The position numbers and the translations under genes were made by a program. Shown piece after piece: positions 24,729-39,100 of a stretch of DNA of 50,064 bases. How positions within the stretch are numbered: position 1 is the first letter of the stretch; the number at the start of each line of letters is the position of its first letter. The stretch lies in contig KZ538740.1 in the NCBI GenBank assembly GCA_000934665.2, forward strand, positions 1 to 50,064, in the 5' to 3' direction. Source of the DNA: Catajapyx aquilonaris. Lineage: Eukaryota. The notes under the pieces were generated by a model that ran no database searches, was not told where the DNA came from, and worked only from the letters and a program-made list of their open reading frames with translations.

Positions 24729-27151
24729 CATTCTTGGTCCTCCAACGACCCACCCCAAATCAGACAACGACATGTGTGTCATTTGCTTATCGAGGATATT
24801 GCTTCTAGAGGGTGGTATTTAGGCACATTATGACCAGATCGGAATGTATGCTCATGTCCGGATGTTTGACCCCCTTTACATTCTCACGTCTATTATATGC
24901 CATCGATAGTGCGAAGTTTCGCACCGTGGATAGATTTTCGCAGCCGATGACCACCCGGATTCATCCGATGAATGGTCACATTTGAGTGGCCATAGTCCAC
25001 TGGCTTCTCATGCGGAAGGCTGTGAAAGTTGCTCACCACGTGTGACCACACGCACTGGCTCGGAGAGAATATACCATATGTGTTATGTATAAGGCTCAAA
25101 AGAACCCCCTCGAGCGTTCTTACAAATATCTCAGATCTCGTAACGGAAGCCGCGGTCAGGAACGGCGATTCATAGTTCTTTTTCATCCAATCAATCTGCT
25201 TTCCCGCCAAATGAGGGTCCAAAGAACATTAAACCACATGCTACAGCTCTGCCACCTGGTTTTCATTGGAACATAACCTGACTCTTGAATAATGTTTAGA
25301 TAAAAATTTATAGTGCGCCTGAGTGAACTCAGATTGTTGCCTCAGGGTGACGTTGCCACATTCCTATGGTCACACGACATTTGTCCGATTTGTGAAACGT
25401 ACGCAGACTTTCTCGGGTGCGTGAGCGTTGCAAAGGGTGTCATAACGCGGAACTTTCAGAACAATGTCTCATTGTTACGGTAAGTTTAGTTATACCGAAC
25501 CCCATGGCACTAGGTCCAACCTGGGTGCCTACTAAATCATTTAAAAACGCGGACAATAGGTCCGGGAGAAATGTAATGTATCGTCTCCGAAGCGATGTAG
25601 GCTATGTTAGTTTCACTAACGGTTTGTAAGTAAGTTACCTGCTTAATCGTTCCACAAACATAGTAAAGCATTGTACAAACATTGTCTTCTTTATTCAAAG
25701 AAAAGCTGTATCGGATAGAATTGTTTTTCCGATTTCTTCTGGGAGAAAGAATATATTTTGCAGGCTGAGAGGAAATCTGTGTCGTGGGAAATGTTTGGCG
25801 AGTGACACATTTCTTTTTATTGCATGCACATTAAAAATTAACATCTTTCTCCCGCAATGTTATACTGTATATGGTCATTCATAATAAAAGTAAAAGATTC
25901 TGACTGAAAGTCGTATAGATGATAATGGGAAGCAAAATGTACTGCCTTCGCATCTGCAAAGGATCTCCAATATACTGTATTTATACTGGTTTTGAATCCG
26001 CTACATTTAACATATGTTATTCTTTAGAAAATGGCTTTACATTAAGCGGGGCGCTGCATTATGCTGTAGCATATACGTCGTGGTTTGAGTCATTCTGATA
26101 ACTTTGAAGTCGTTTAGGCCCGGTTGTATCAACTCAAACGAAAATATCTGGTTACCTACTACCACGATTATATAATTTCGGATATTTTTCATTAGTTTGT
26201 GTTCGTATAATTGAGATGAAGTCATTTTCTGTAGGAATTCGGAACGAAACCTTGTGATATCCAAGTAAGCATATCAGTGATCGTGCCAATAAACTAACAA
26301 TTAACCCTATTGTGAAGAGTAGCTTTGCCATGGTTTGATCTCTGCAACGTCATGTGTGAACTTTACGATTGTTGTCTTCAGCGATAAGCCTCATTAAACA
26401 TGCGTGAAACTGCAGCTGTAAAAAAAAAAAAGTCACGTTATGTAACTAACCAGTACAATATGCTTTGTTTCACTCGAGCATTCGCGTTTATTCCCAAGTT
26501 ATTAGCGTTTGAAATTCGGAACTAATTTTAAATAATCCCATTCCCTTATTGTAGTCCGCTATAACACACCGTGTTGTACTGAGTGGAGGCATGTGCAGTA
26601 CGTTGCATTCTTCCACAATAATATTATACACGATGTTCAACAATAATATTGTCAGATTCACCCGAATAACATGTAATCTACAAGCTATATACTATCGGTC
26701 TGGTAATATATTCCGGATTTTGTTAAAATCCGAACATGATATGCAATACTGTGTTGCACCATCAGCAATAAGGAGGTATCCACTCCGTCATGGGCAATAA
26801 ATTGTGACTATCCATGGCAAACAATGCGACAGATGCGAGCAAAGCGGTGTTCCACTGATAGGAATCATAGGGCTAAACTGACAGCCTGCAAATACTGAAC
26901 AAACAGGTGCCACTATCTTATCAGAATGATTCATGGCCACGCGTCATCAAATCTGGATATGCTCAGATGTCAATTGGCAACTGAATAGATCAGGTGCAGG
27001 GTGTGCCTGCTCCCTGGAATCGGTATTCCGCACATTTATTATTGCACATCTGTGATATATGGGAGGGGGGACATTACGAAATCTGGCTTAATGATTTGTG
27101 AATTCCAGGCAGTGCCGACTACAAGTGATCTGATTATATCCAGACCAAGCT

Positions 27152-30100
27152 ATGGAAAAGAAGACGCGCCAAGTGGGAAATTTGGACAAGTTTGTGCTTC
27201 TGTTGTGGAAAAACTGGATGCTGCAGAAGAGGCACTATGTGCAAACTGCGTTTGAAATCATCATACCTATCTTGTTCACCATCATTCTAGTGATTGTTCG
27301 ATACATTGCAAAGTACGAAGTGTACCCTGATGAGACGCTATATCCACCGTTTTCCGTGGACAAGATTCCTGCCAGTGCAGGGTGAGTCATACTTGAACAA
27401 TTATGCAGATTAAAATGTTTTGCCTAAATGATGGAAGATAATTTTGTGGGAAACGTTTCAGCGTGGTTGCAAATGGGTCTACTATTTTCTTCATCAAATT
27501 AGCCTAAAAAGTAATTGAGAGGGAATGTGGGGCAAACAGGGCTTTTCCGGCCTCGTTAAAAGCCCATTGTTTTGTTAAAATATCAAACAAATTCACTACA
27601 TCAGTCTTACAACCAACAAATGATAGATCACTGGATTCATTTGAAGACTTGAAAGGCAGAATAATCAAAGACACATTGAACGAACTTGAAGTGTGCATTG
27701 GGTAGCTCTTACTTTCTGATTATCACGGATTATCAAGACAGTTTTCTGATCGAGAAATGTTACTCTCCTACAGAAAGCTTTCAAAAGGAATATTATCCCA
27801 TACACCTTAATGAAACCTTCAACATTTTAACCCTCCCATCGAGAAATTAGTCAAATGTGAGTACCTATATGTGACCTTTGATTGTTCGGCATTCCCTGTC
27901 TTCATCTACTTGCATTACAACGTATTTGACAAATAAAGTGTAAATAACGTTTGCAGCATATAATTATGCAAATGTGCAATATCTAGTATTACTGAACTAC
28001 AATTACTGCAATATTTTCTTCAGGAATAGCAGGATGAATGACATAAGGAACCATACGTTGATTCTGGGTTGGGCACCGGACATTTCAGCAGAAGCCAGTA
28101 GTATTATGTGGAATGTCAGAAATAGATTGGGCATTCAAGTGAGAGGTATGTTTATGATTTAAGTCTGATTCAGCACAAATTCTCATTGTACTGTTCATTC
28201 TTTGGCAGGCTTTCATAACGAATCTGAAATGGTGGAGTACATTATTACTCCAACAATTCCGGGAGAAAACGGTGTATTCGGAGGAGTGGTGTTTGAAAAC
28301 TCCTTTTCTGGTGTCGACACCAAAAATATACAGGTAAGGTCAAAAAATGTTAATAACGAAGAACAAAAATATGTAAGTGCATAGTTGACATGTTCGCATT
28401 TTTATAGTACAAAATTCGTCTGGATGGAGGCAGAAAAACGGAATTGCAGTTTCCAATGTTTCAACCACCTGGTCCTCGAGAAAAGGATTCAACTGAAGGC
28501 GGTGTTCCGGGTAGGATAACATTTTGAATATGTTACAGTCATTCCTGAGTTTGTCATTGGTCTGAGAACTATTACGATGTGTATTTTTGGAAAGACCATC
28601 GTGGCTATAGGGTGGAAGCACCTGAATTTTTCTGTACTTATATCGCTCAAAATGATGGAGACACTTTTGCATTTGGCTTCAATGCAAAGTCGTCTCCATC
28701 TTTTTGAGCAATATAATACAATAGCTCCTATTATACTTGAAATGTCTTTTCATAGGTTATTATAGCACTGGATTTTTGGCAATTCAACATGCAATGGATA
28801 TGGCTATCATAGACTATTTGTCTGAAGGAAACCGTCCTGACGTGACAGTTCAAATGAACCGATACCCATTCCCACCTTACACCAACGACTACTTTGTGAG
28901 AGCATTGCAAGGATGGCTATCGGTTATCATCATGATGTCATTCATATATCCGTCTATGAATATTGTCAAGAGTGTAGTCTATGAAAAAGAGAGGCGACTA
29001 AAGGTGAGGGCTGCTTAAATTATATTTCAGTTTCGTGACTATAATCCGATTCTGTTGAATTTTTGTTTTTTGATAGGAATCAATGAAAATTATGGGACTC
29101 TCAGGATGGCTTCATTGGGCGGCTTGGTTCTGCAAAGGCTACTTCTTCCTATTGATCACCGGGTTGGTCATAACAATCTTGATGGAGATTCATTGGTATC
29201 CGGATCACAGCCTGGCTGTTTTGAGCAACTCCAATCCCTTTGTGATCATGCTATTCTTCTGCGTGTTCTGCTTTTCACTCATGTGCTTCAGTTTCCTAGT
29301 TTCGGTCTTTTTTTCACGAGGTTCGTAGCCAAACTGCTCGGATAGTTATGCAATGTCTCATTGTCCCAAACATTTCTCTTCCAGCAAGCACAGCCGCTGT
29401 TGGAGGAGGCGTGATCTACTTTTTATTTTTCTCTCCATACTATTATATCCAACCGCGTTACGATACTCTGTCCGTGACGACTAAATATGCGACAAGCCTG
29501 CTGAGTAACACTGCTATGGCATATGGCAGTATCTGCATTGCAAAATTCGAATCGTTAGGTAAGAGCAATTTATCTTTATAATATTACCCCCCTCCAACCC
29601 CCCATTCTCAACCACCCTTCATTCTAACAGTTGAAAAAAAAAATAAAAATAAAAGCCGAGATAAATCGTATCTTATCATTCACGGGGGGTGGGTGGGGGG
29701 TGGTTGGAATTTTCACATTATGCAGTAGCCCGTGGCTTGTACCATTATTTGTTTTTATAATAACCTTCACCCTGTGAGGAAAGTAGCTTACTGCATTATA
29801 GTGCGTGAAATGGTTTTGGTGCTATTGTGATAGTTCAACAAGATGTGAAAAAGTCGTTAAAGCACTTTATTGTAATTTGAAGTGGTAATAAACAGCGGTC
29901 TTGGAAATGCCAACATGATGAACAATATAGGCTACTGTATGTTCAGTTAGGCTGGTGTAGCTCTACACACTGTAGGCTACCTAGTATAATCCATTTCTGA
30001 ACACAATCATGAGAGAATAATAACAAACAGGCGATATGGCCACAGGAGGTGTATACAGTACACATGATATGGCAAGGCCCATTTTGTCAGGAAAAATAAC

Positions 30101-33100
30101 CACTTATCAGATGTTGAATTAAATAATAGAATCATTAGTTAGCTTATCAAATATGTGTCATATCTCATTAGTCTGATGAGTAGTTTGTTCAATAGTAAGG
30201 CTGTAAACACTATACTTCAATATGGTCCCTACCAAACTATTAAAACGGAATCGTAACTTGGGTATTGACGTTACACTGGCTTCCATGACTTTCAACAAGG
30301 TGAGCAATAAAACTCACTATATTTAAGGCTAGTGACGTCCCCACCATTTCCGGGCCTATTTGACAGAATGGAGTGTTTTGGCGTCAGGTCATAATAAACT
30401 ACATTTGACGTAACATTTGACTCATGTTATCTCAAATCAGGTACGGGTTTGCAATGGAGCAACTTGAACGAGCGTGTGTCACCAGATGATTCATACACTA
30501 TGGCCGATATTCTGATGATGATGGTACTCGATTCGATCATCTACTTCATCCTAGCCCTCTATCTGGAAGCGGTCTTCCCTGGAGAATATGGAGTGCCACA
30601 ACCCTGGTATTTCCCATTCACGGTATGTGACATGTATTCATGAATAAGTATTGTTGTCACGTGCGTAATATTTGGTGTCAATCAGAGGCAGTACTGGTGT
30701 GGGCCACCATCGGAGGAGCTATCACTGAAGATGGATATTCGGCACAAAAAATCTGAACTTTTTGAAGAGGAGCCGTATGATTTGCCAGCAGGCATCCAGA
30801 TACAGAATCTGACCAAAGTGAGCGCAAATATTATTAAATTATGTAAATTATTGCATTATTAAATTATTGTAGTTAATTAAGAATCATGCAGCAACCGGAC
30901 ACAGTAGGCCACTAAATGATACAGAAGTAGCCACAATAAGTCCACAAAAGTGTTGCTATAATCGATAGATCAATTCTATTATTTGTGCACCATCGGTTTC
31001 ATTATGCAAGTAAGTGTAAAAGTTCATATAAGGGCATGATGATGATGATGATGATGATGATCATCATCATCATCATCATCATCGATATAGAGTTTGTACG
31101 ACCTTGGAAGTCACAGGCTATATAAACGCTAAGTAGTGCAGCCAGGTGCATAGGGGAGGAGGAAGGGGGAAGAGGGAGTAATGAACACGGGGTATCATAC
31201 TTCATACACAACAACGACTTCCCGGCGCCATCTAGAAGAAACGATGCGACGTTAAGTGCTTTATTTGCTTGGATTGTTTTGCCTTCCAAACGAAATAATG
31301 GAATATGTAAGAAAAAAATCAAATATTACAAATTGGTAATCAATTACTGCAAAATAAGTTCAATAAATAATTGACTTACGATGAGTTGGAGGATGAGTTA
31401 TACCTGAATACCTCTCCTAAAATGTCAAATATCAGTTAGTCTATGGTGGGTGTAACAGATATATAATATTACCAGTTTACATTATTAGTGGATGGGTGTT
31501 CCTGACTATAGAGATTTAACATTAATATAGTAACACAGAGCTGTCATATATACGTGCTTGTATATGTATAGTAGGCCTACTGCAGGCACTATCGGATGGG
31601 GGAAAAGAAGCGGAGAGTGATCTCTCAAGTCACATGTAATTTTTATGGATAACAATTGATAACAATGACATGACCTATTTCATGTTTTGCATATGGTTTC
31701 CAATGTAATTATATGTATATTGCTATATACTTACCCACTGACCCACTGTATTTAGTTATAAAAAGTAGGTCACTTTCAATGTTAGTTTTACAGTATAGGC
31801 TGAGGTTGACATCATATCAGCCTTACTTTTATTTTTGCTGGTCAGAATCATTCAGCCAGATGGATATTGCACCTGTAGTTATGCTTCACAATATTATGTG
31901 GTGCACTTTTCCGAGCGCATGCAGTAGGCTAATTACTAATGATATGAGAGCCCTGCCATAATGACCATATTAATTACAGGCATTTGGAAAACAGACGGCA
32001 GTAAACAACATCAACCTGAACATGTACGATGGCCAGATCACGGCACTTTTGGGCCACAACGGAGCAGGAAAAACAACAACCATGTCTATGCTAACTGGTA
32101 ACTACATTTATAGGGTGTCCTGTATCCTTCCCAGCTGCTTTGTGGCATGCATTGAATTTATGATCACATACAGTCTATTATATTAATAGAACTTGTAGCA
32201 CCCGCGAGCATAAAGATGGAGAAGGCCGACCCTCATCTTCGGCAGGCTGCTCTGTCAATCTCAGCAATTACGGTATCAAATATACTGTCATAAATACACG
32301 AACACACGCCTGAAGCAGCAAACTCGGTCCAAAAAATAGTTCATTAATTTGAGTCGGATAAAGAAAGGTCAAAAAATGGCCTGCCGTCTCCATCTTTATG
32401 CTCGCGGGGGTACCTGTATATGTATATATAGCTATGTTTTCAACTGCAACACCTGCTTCTCAAGATGTTATTAATATTATGTATTGTAAATTGCATAGAA
32501 GGTCTACTAATATATTCCATGCACATATGATTCCACAGATCTGTTACATGCCCTAGAGATAATTGGAGGGACGCAGTACAACTTTCTGTTAGCAAAACTA
32601 TAGATCCATTTGTAGAAGTTCTCATGTGTGTTGCATTTGTCAGGCTTATTTCCTCCGAGCAGTGGTACAGCCATCGTGAATGGATATGACATTCGACGAG
32701 AAGTGAGCCGTGTGAGGACCAGTTTGGGACTATGCCCTCAGCATGACGTGCTCTACGATGAGTTGACAGTAGAGGAACATCTGTATTTCTTTTGTACTGT
32801 AAGTCTCTTATTATAGAGAGAAGTGCTCTAAATCAAAATGAACAAATTTTGACCCACAGTATTCTCTATTACTTGGCAGATGAAAGGCTACACTGGAGAA
32901 ATAGGACAGGCAGAAATAGATCACATGATCAAATGTTTGGGTCTGGAGGATAAGAGGCACTGCAGAGCCAGCAGTTTGTCTGGGGGCATGAAGCGGAAGT
33001 TGTCTGTTGGGATTGCTCTGTGTGCCAAATCTAAGGTAAAGTACTGTAATATGATTGGCCTAACAATGTTCAGACTTTATGAGAAGAAACATTTTGACAG

Positions 33101-36100
33101 GTCGTTTTACTGGACGAGCCGACATCAGGAATGGATCCTGGTGCCCGTCGCTTTACGTGGGATTTGCTGCAAGTAAGTACTGGCAGACGATAGGCGATGA
33201 TGTGATGCATCCTGTGGTTCTTCCAGGCTGAGAAGAAGGGACGTACCATCTTGCTTACGACACACTTTATGGAAGAGGCGGACTTACTGGGAGACAGAAT
33301 TGCAATAATGGCTGCTGGAGAGCTGAAGTGCTGTGGTTCATCTCTCTTTCTCAAAAAGAGATTTGGTAAGATCATGCTACATATACAAGCTTGCATGCTC
33401 CTCACAGCATGAAACTGTTTGGAACCTATAAGTAACATGCTCTGGAAGTGGTACTGGTATGTGGTACCAATCGTACCAATCTTTGCTAACTCAGCAGCTT
33501 CGAGATCATGTACTGCATTTTTTACATTCCCTTTGCCTGGACTCTCTGGGATAGTGTCTGGTGACAGCCTTTCTGGTGACACTTGGATTGGAACACATGC
33601 ATATTTGTTTGATTTTTTGAAACAAAAATTCATGAATATTGGCGATTATCGTTAATTTCTTAAAATCAAAAATACTTTTCTTCCTTGGAAACCTTTCGGT
33701 ATCCGCATCCACATTTTTTGTTTTCATGGCAATTGTGAGTTTGGGAAGCACTGTTCTAGGAAAACATGAGATATTCCTCGCAGGGAAATCTAAGCGTTTC
33801 CGACCTGCACATGCAAAAAAACTGCGTAACCTCCATAACTTTAACCTGTCATCAAAATCTTGATAGGTGCTGGCTATCATCTGGTGTTGGTCAAAGCACA
33901 ACAATGTGACGTTGATGCAATTACTAATCGGCTACAAAAATATGTGCCAGACATTGAGGTGGAACAAAATGTGGGTGCTGAGCTTTCGTACATATTACCC
34001 GACGATAAGTCACATGTGTTTGAAGCCATGTTCCAAGAGTTGGAAAATGATAAGGAATCTCTGGGAATCTCCAGTTATGGTGCATCCATCACTACCATGG
34101 AGGAAGTGTTTATGAGGTGATTTTTAAATATACAAATCCATTGGTTCATCAACATAATTCAACTTTTTTTTTTTTACAGAGTATGTCGTGAATCAGAGCA
34201 AGATGAGGACAAGTCAAAATTAAAAGGAATTGACAATGGTAAGTTTTCGATCATAAATAGTTCTGTAAATGATAATTATGGAACAATAGTAGTTTTTCGA
34301 GATCCAGATGGATTCAGTACTGGGTCATGTCATCCAGATGACACCATCATCTCTGATTCAACCTACACATTGAGTAAGTGGTACTAGTACAGTACAGTTG
34401 CAGCTGATTTAATACAGATTATTCCCTACGACATAATAGTAGTTTTAAAGCATGTTGAACATCTTACAGCTCACAATGATGATATGTCTGTAGTTCAGTT
34501 AAACACAGGGCCAACACTGTTCTTGCAACAATTTAGATCCATGCTGATAAAGAATATTGTATATCATTGTCGGACATGGGTGATGACACTGCTATCAGTA
34601 AGTTTTGTCATGACAATGCAACATAAGTATGGCAGTTTTATGACTGATTGTATATGCCTTTCAGATAATAATTCCATGTGCTTTCCTCATTGTTGGTTTG
34701 GTGATTATGCATTCCATTCCTGGAGTTGATGATGCACCTGCACTAAAAATTTCATTGGAAGTAAGTCAAATATTGCATGTGAGTCAAGAGTGCCATAACA
34801 CACATTGTGTAAATAAGTCGTATTTTAACTTCACCTACTTGACGTACTGTAGTAGGCCCTACCAGTGAAGCATAAGTTATTGAAAGGCAGGACATTTTAC
34901 CAAGTTCGTAGGCACTGAACTGTGGTAATGTGGTGGCAACCATAATTTCTTCAGAGTATGCTCCCAAAACAACCAATTCCTCCTGTCCTTATCACTATTA
35001 ACAAGAGCTACTGTAAATAAGATAGTGAGAGGAGGCCCCCTGGTATACAGTATGGTACCATAATTATGGTACGTACATGTACCATACCATTAGGCTACAT
35101 GCAGCCATCAGATGAGCAGCATTCAACCTTGTTGCGTATTGCCTAGCTTTGCTTTCATAAGATGTCATGAATGTTTAGTGAAAGTTCAGGAAAATCCAGT
35201 CGATGTTCAGCCTAGGATGTTATAATAAATTTGGCTCATCTATCAATGGCCCTTGCATGTCAAGTGCATACATGTCAATGAATGTACCTTACTGTGCATA
35301 GCAGCTGTTACTATTATGCTGAACTAGATCATCCCTTCAAGCACTGAACTGCAAAGTGTTTCCAATTAGGAATGGGCCATTGGAAATACAGTAAAACTTC
35401 TATTAGTCGAACTTCCCAAAGTCGAAGTTCTCCATAAATCGAAGAAAATAACGAGCTTGGTTGGTCACAATGTAAAATAATAGGAAATAAACTTCCCTAA
35501 CTCTGTGCTGGTTTTAAAGAGGATGGGTACATGCAACCTAATCTTAGTGTTAGTAGCCAATACTTTTCATAACTATTAAAAATAAAGTAATTTCTTAAAA
35601 TAAGCAGCTTAGTGGCAACAAATAGCCATATTAGTTGGACAAGTATTTTGGATCACCCTGCATACATTTTAACGATAAAGTTTTTGAATGTCAAGAAGTG
35701 AGATGTATGAATATTCAGTGAATGTTCAGAGGGCAATGGGAATATACAGAAATGATGTTCAATGAACATTCAATGTGTTTTGGGTGATGCTTTTTGCCTT
35801 GGGAAGCTAGTGGGGTGTAAAAGGCAGTAGGCTGACTGGTGTTTTTTTTGTGGCCAAGGCAGGTTATACCCTAAAAAGGTTATGAACCATTGTTATCAGT
35901 GATTTTAATGAAAGTCACTGAACAACAAGACTAGTTCTAAACTTAAAAGGATCTCTTTTATTGACTATTTCAGAATTATGATTCACCAGTGACCATGATA
36001 GACCTGTCCTTACCTACAACTCCTCTAGCTAGAAACCTACAGATATCTTATATCCAGAATTTAGAGGAGAAGGCAAAGCGCTATAAGAAAGTGGGTGGAA

Positions 36101-39100
36101 ATATTACATCACACATTTTAGATTTGGTGAGTGCCACAAAATAATAATCTGCATTAGAGCCTGGGTCATCACTATTTTTTCAACCATTTAGGAAAAAAAG
36201 TCACCTTCCACAGCAGCACTGCATTACATAGTTGCAGCAACTTTTGAAACAGTACATGATACCCAAACTGTTCTGACAGCCTGGTTCAACAATCAGCCCT
36301 TTCATTCACCACCATTGACTCTGAACTTGGTGAATAATGCCATCTTGAAATATGTAAAAAACAATTCTGAAATTACAGTGATCAACCATCCCTTACCTTT
36401 TGACAATAGCAGCAAGGTGAGTTTCCTTTTTTCAATACAAAAATACGTCTGATAGAAGATCATAACCACCTAAGGTAACTTTCAGGCTCAGCAAAATGGG
36501 CAGATTCAGAGTGCAGGATTCCAAGTTGGATTTAATGTCTCATATGGCATGTCATTTCTGACGGCTGCTATTATTGTGTTCCTAATTAAGGAAAGAATGT
36601 CAAATGCTAAGCACCTGCAGTTTGTGTCTGGAGTAAACTTGTTTACATTTTGGGTTTCATCATTCATAATCGACTTTATGATCAGCTTGGCATCAGCTGC
36701 CTTGATCATGGTGACATTGATTGCTTTCAATGAAGAAGGATATGCTTATGCCGAGCAACAAGGTTTGTATTTAGAGTATTGATTATACTTAAAATCATAT
36801 GGTAATGGTAATAATTATTCACAGGACGAATTCTTCTTCTCATGATTTTGTTCATCTGGGCAGTAATTCCATTCATGTGGCTGTTTTCCTTTATGTACAC
36901 AACTCCAGCCACAGGTTTTGCTAAAATGACATTCTTCAATGTGTTTACAGGTAAATCCTGCCAATACCAGTGTAAGAGAATTATACTGTTAATGAAGACA
37001 ATGATTATGAATCTTAATATTTTAGGTCTAGCAACAATGATAACTGTCATGATTTTGAGAATCCCCAAGTTGGATTTGGTATATGTGGCTGACATTTTAG
37101 ATTGGATTTTCATGCTGATACCAAACTATAACCTGGGGGTCAGCCTGATGAAACTTTATGACAATGATATCATGAACAAAATGTGCACACCAGTGGTTGT
37201 GTCCCTCTGTCCTCTTGCCCCATTGGCTCCAGAGAAGCGTTTTCCATGCTGCAGAGGTAGGTAATCTAATTACGTAACACTTTGGGGCAAGCATTTCAAG
37301 GACTGTGAATGAAAAAGCATTATATCTAAAAAAAAATTGATGCTAACGTATTTCTGTCTTCTGGATAAAAGAAATGTTCCAAGTCTAATGTTGTAGCTGA
37401 TTTCTCTTAATATTTTTACAGTCCTGATATTCTAGTAGGATGAAGAAGTTTACTATTTAATTTCTTAGATACAAGGTGTCCAGTAGTCAGCTCTGATCCT
37501 TATCGGTGGAAATCTCACTTACACTTGTGAATGATGTTGAAACACTGCTTGAAGAGCATGGTGAACTGCCTTTGTGCATGTGAAGTTTGCACAACCTACA
37601 CAAGAGATCCAACCTGACAAAAAAGTGTGCATGAGCTTTCCACAGATAGGCCTACCAATCTGAGCTGACTTTTGGAGTCACCCTGTCTGTTATTGCAGCA
37701 TTGCATGCATTTCTTGATTATGTAAAAAATGTACCAAGTTTTTTGAAAAGTAATTCTTTATTTTCTCATGAGGATTATACTTTCAGATTATGATAACAAC
37801 TGCGGAAACACTACCTGCCCAGACTGGACAAGAAATTATTTGTCATGGGATCCAGCAGGAATTGGGCGTAACTTGGTGTTCCTTTCCATAGAAGGTTTCC
37901 TTTTTGTGTTAATTCTCTTCTGTATTGAGAGAAAGGTTCATCACAAGATCTGGCATGCCCTTGCAAAAGGAAAGGTTATAAAGCATGCTAGGGTCTCCAA
38001 TTCAGGTATGCCTGCTCAACTTGCTACCTACATCCCAAGGGAGGAACAACTCCATTTGGCAGATTAGGAATGCTGAAAGAATATATGATTTAGGATAATA
38101 CACATGATGAAGATTTACATCATGACCAAAGGAAAATGTACACTAGATATGCAAGTTGTTTCTCCCTTGTTGCACTTGATTTGATAAGGAAACAAACCTA
38201 ACATGCAGTTTAATGACAGAAGGGAATCTCTGCATAGAAGATGAATATGTTACAGCAGAGAAGCATCGTATTGAAAACTCGCTCCTTCACACACTGTTTT
38301 CCACGGATAATTTGGTGGTTAAGTGAGTATACGTAGAAGTATGGATAGAATGAATAGAAGTATGCTTTTTTGTAACAAGAGATTAACATCTCCTAAAGTA
38401 TTATCCATTTGGCTACTTAAAATGGCCAAAAATTTCCTCAAAACACATACACACGAGCATTATGGTATTTACTATTGGCACTGAAATGGTCCAAACACTT
38501 GGGGTAGACTGAGAGTTATGCCAATCGAGTGCACCGGCGTATTCGGTGTACCTGCAAGTGTCTGGACCAGCCCCCTGACACTACTCTTACAATCTTATCT
38601 TATTGCCTGCCGGGGTGTTTTGCATGAGGTGCTCACCTGAAAGTGCCATGAGACCTTTCACTGCTCTATTATGTGGCGACCCTACCAGACTACGCTGAAC
38701 TTTATAGGTACAAACGGGAAGCACTACATTGGGGGACTCAACATGGTCACCGGCGGCCATGTTGGGCTCGTATGTAGTGGCTTCTCTTCTACCTAAGTTC
38801 AGCGCGGTCCGGTAGGGTCGCCACATAATGTAGCAGTGAAAGGCGGTCTCATGGCACTCTCAAGTCAACACCTCATGCAAAACACCCTGGCAGGCGATAA
38901 GAGGGAGTGTCCAGACCTTGGAATTCTAAGACCATGGTCTGTGCTGATAGCACCTTTACCCACTACCAGACACCAAGGCACTTTTACAATAAAGGTCAGA
39001 CGCACTTGAGACACACCAGTGACAACAGAGACATGACTTGGGCTCCTCACTATGGCTGTATCAAGCATGCATGTCATCATGACACATCTCAAGTGTCTTA

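Noticed and set aside
33070..33904. Minus-strand ORFs of 187 and 132 aa within ABCA
   Set aside because: Antisense shadows of ABCA exons plus intron sequence, with no motifs.
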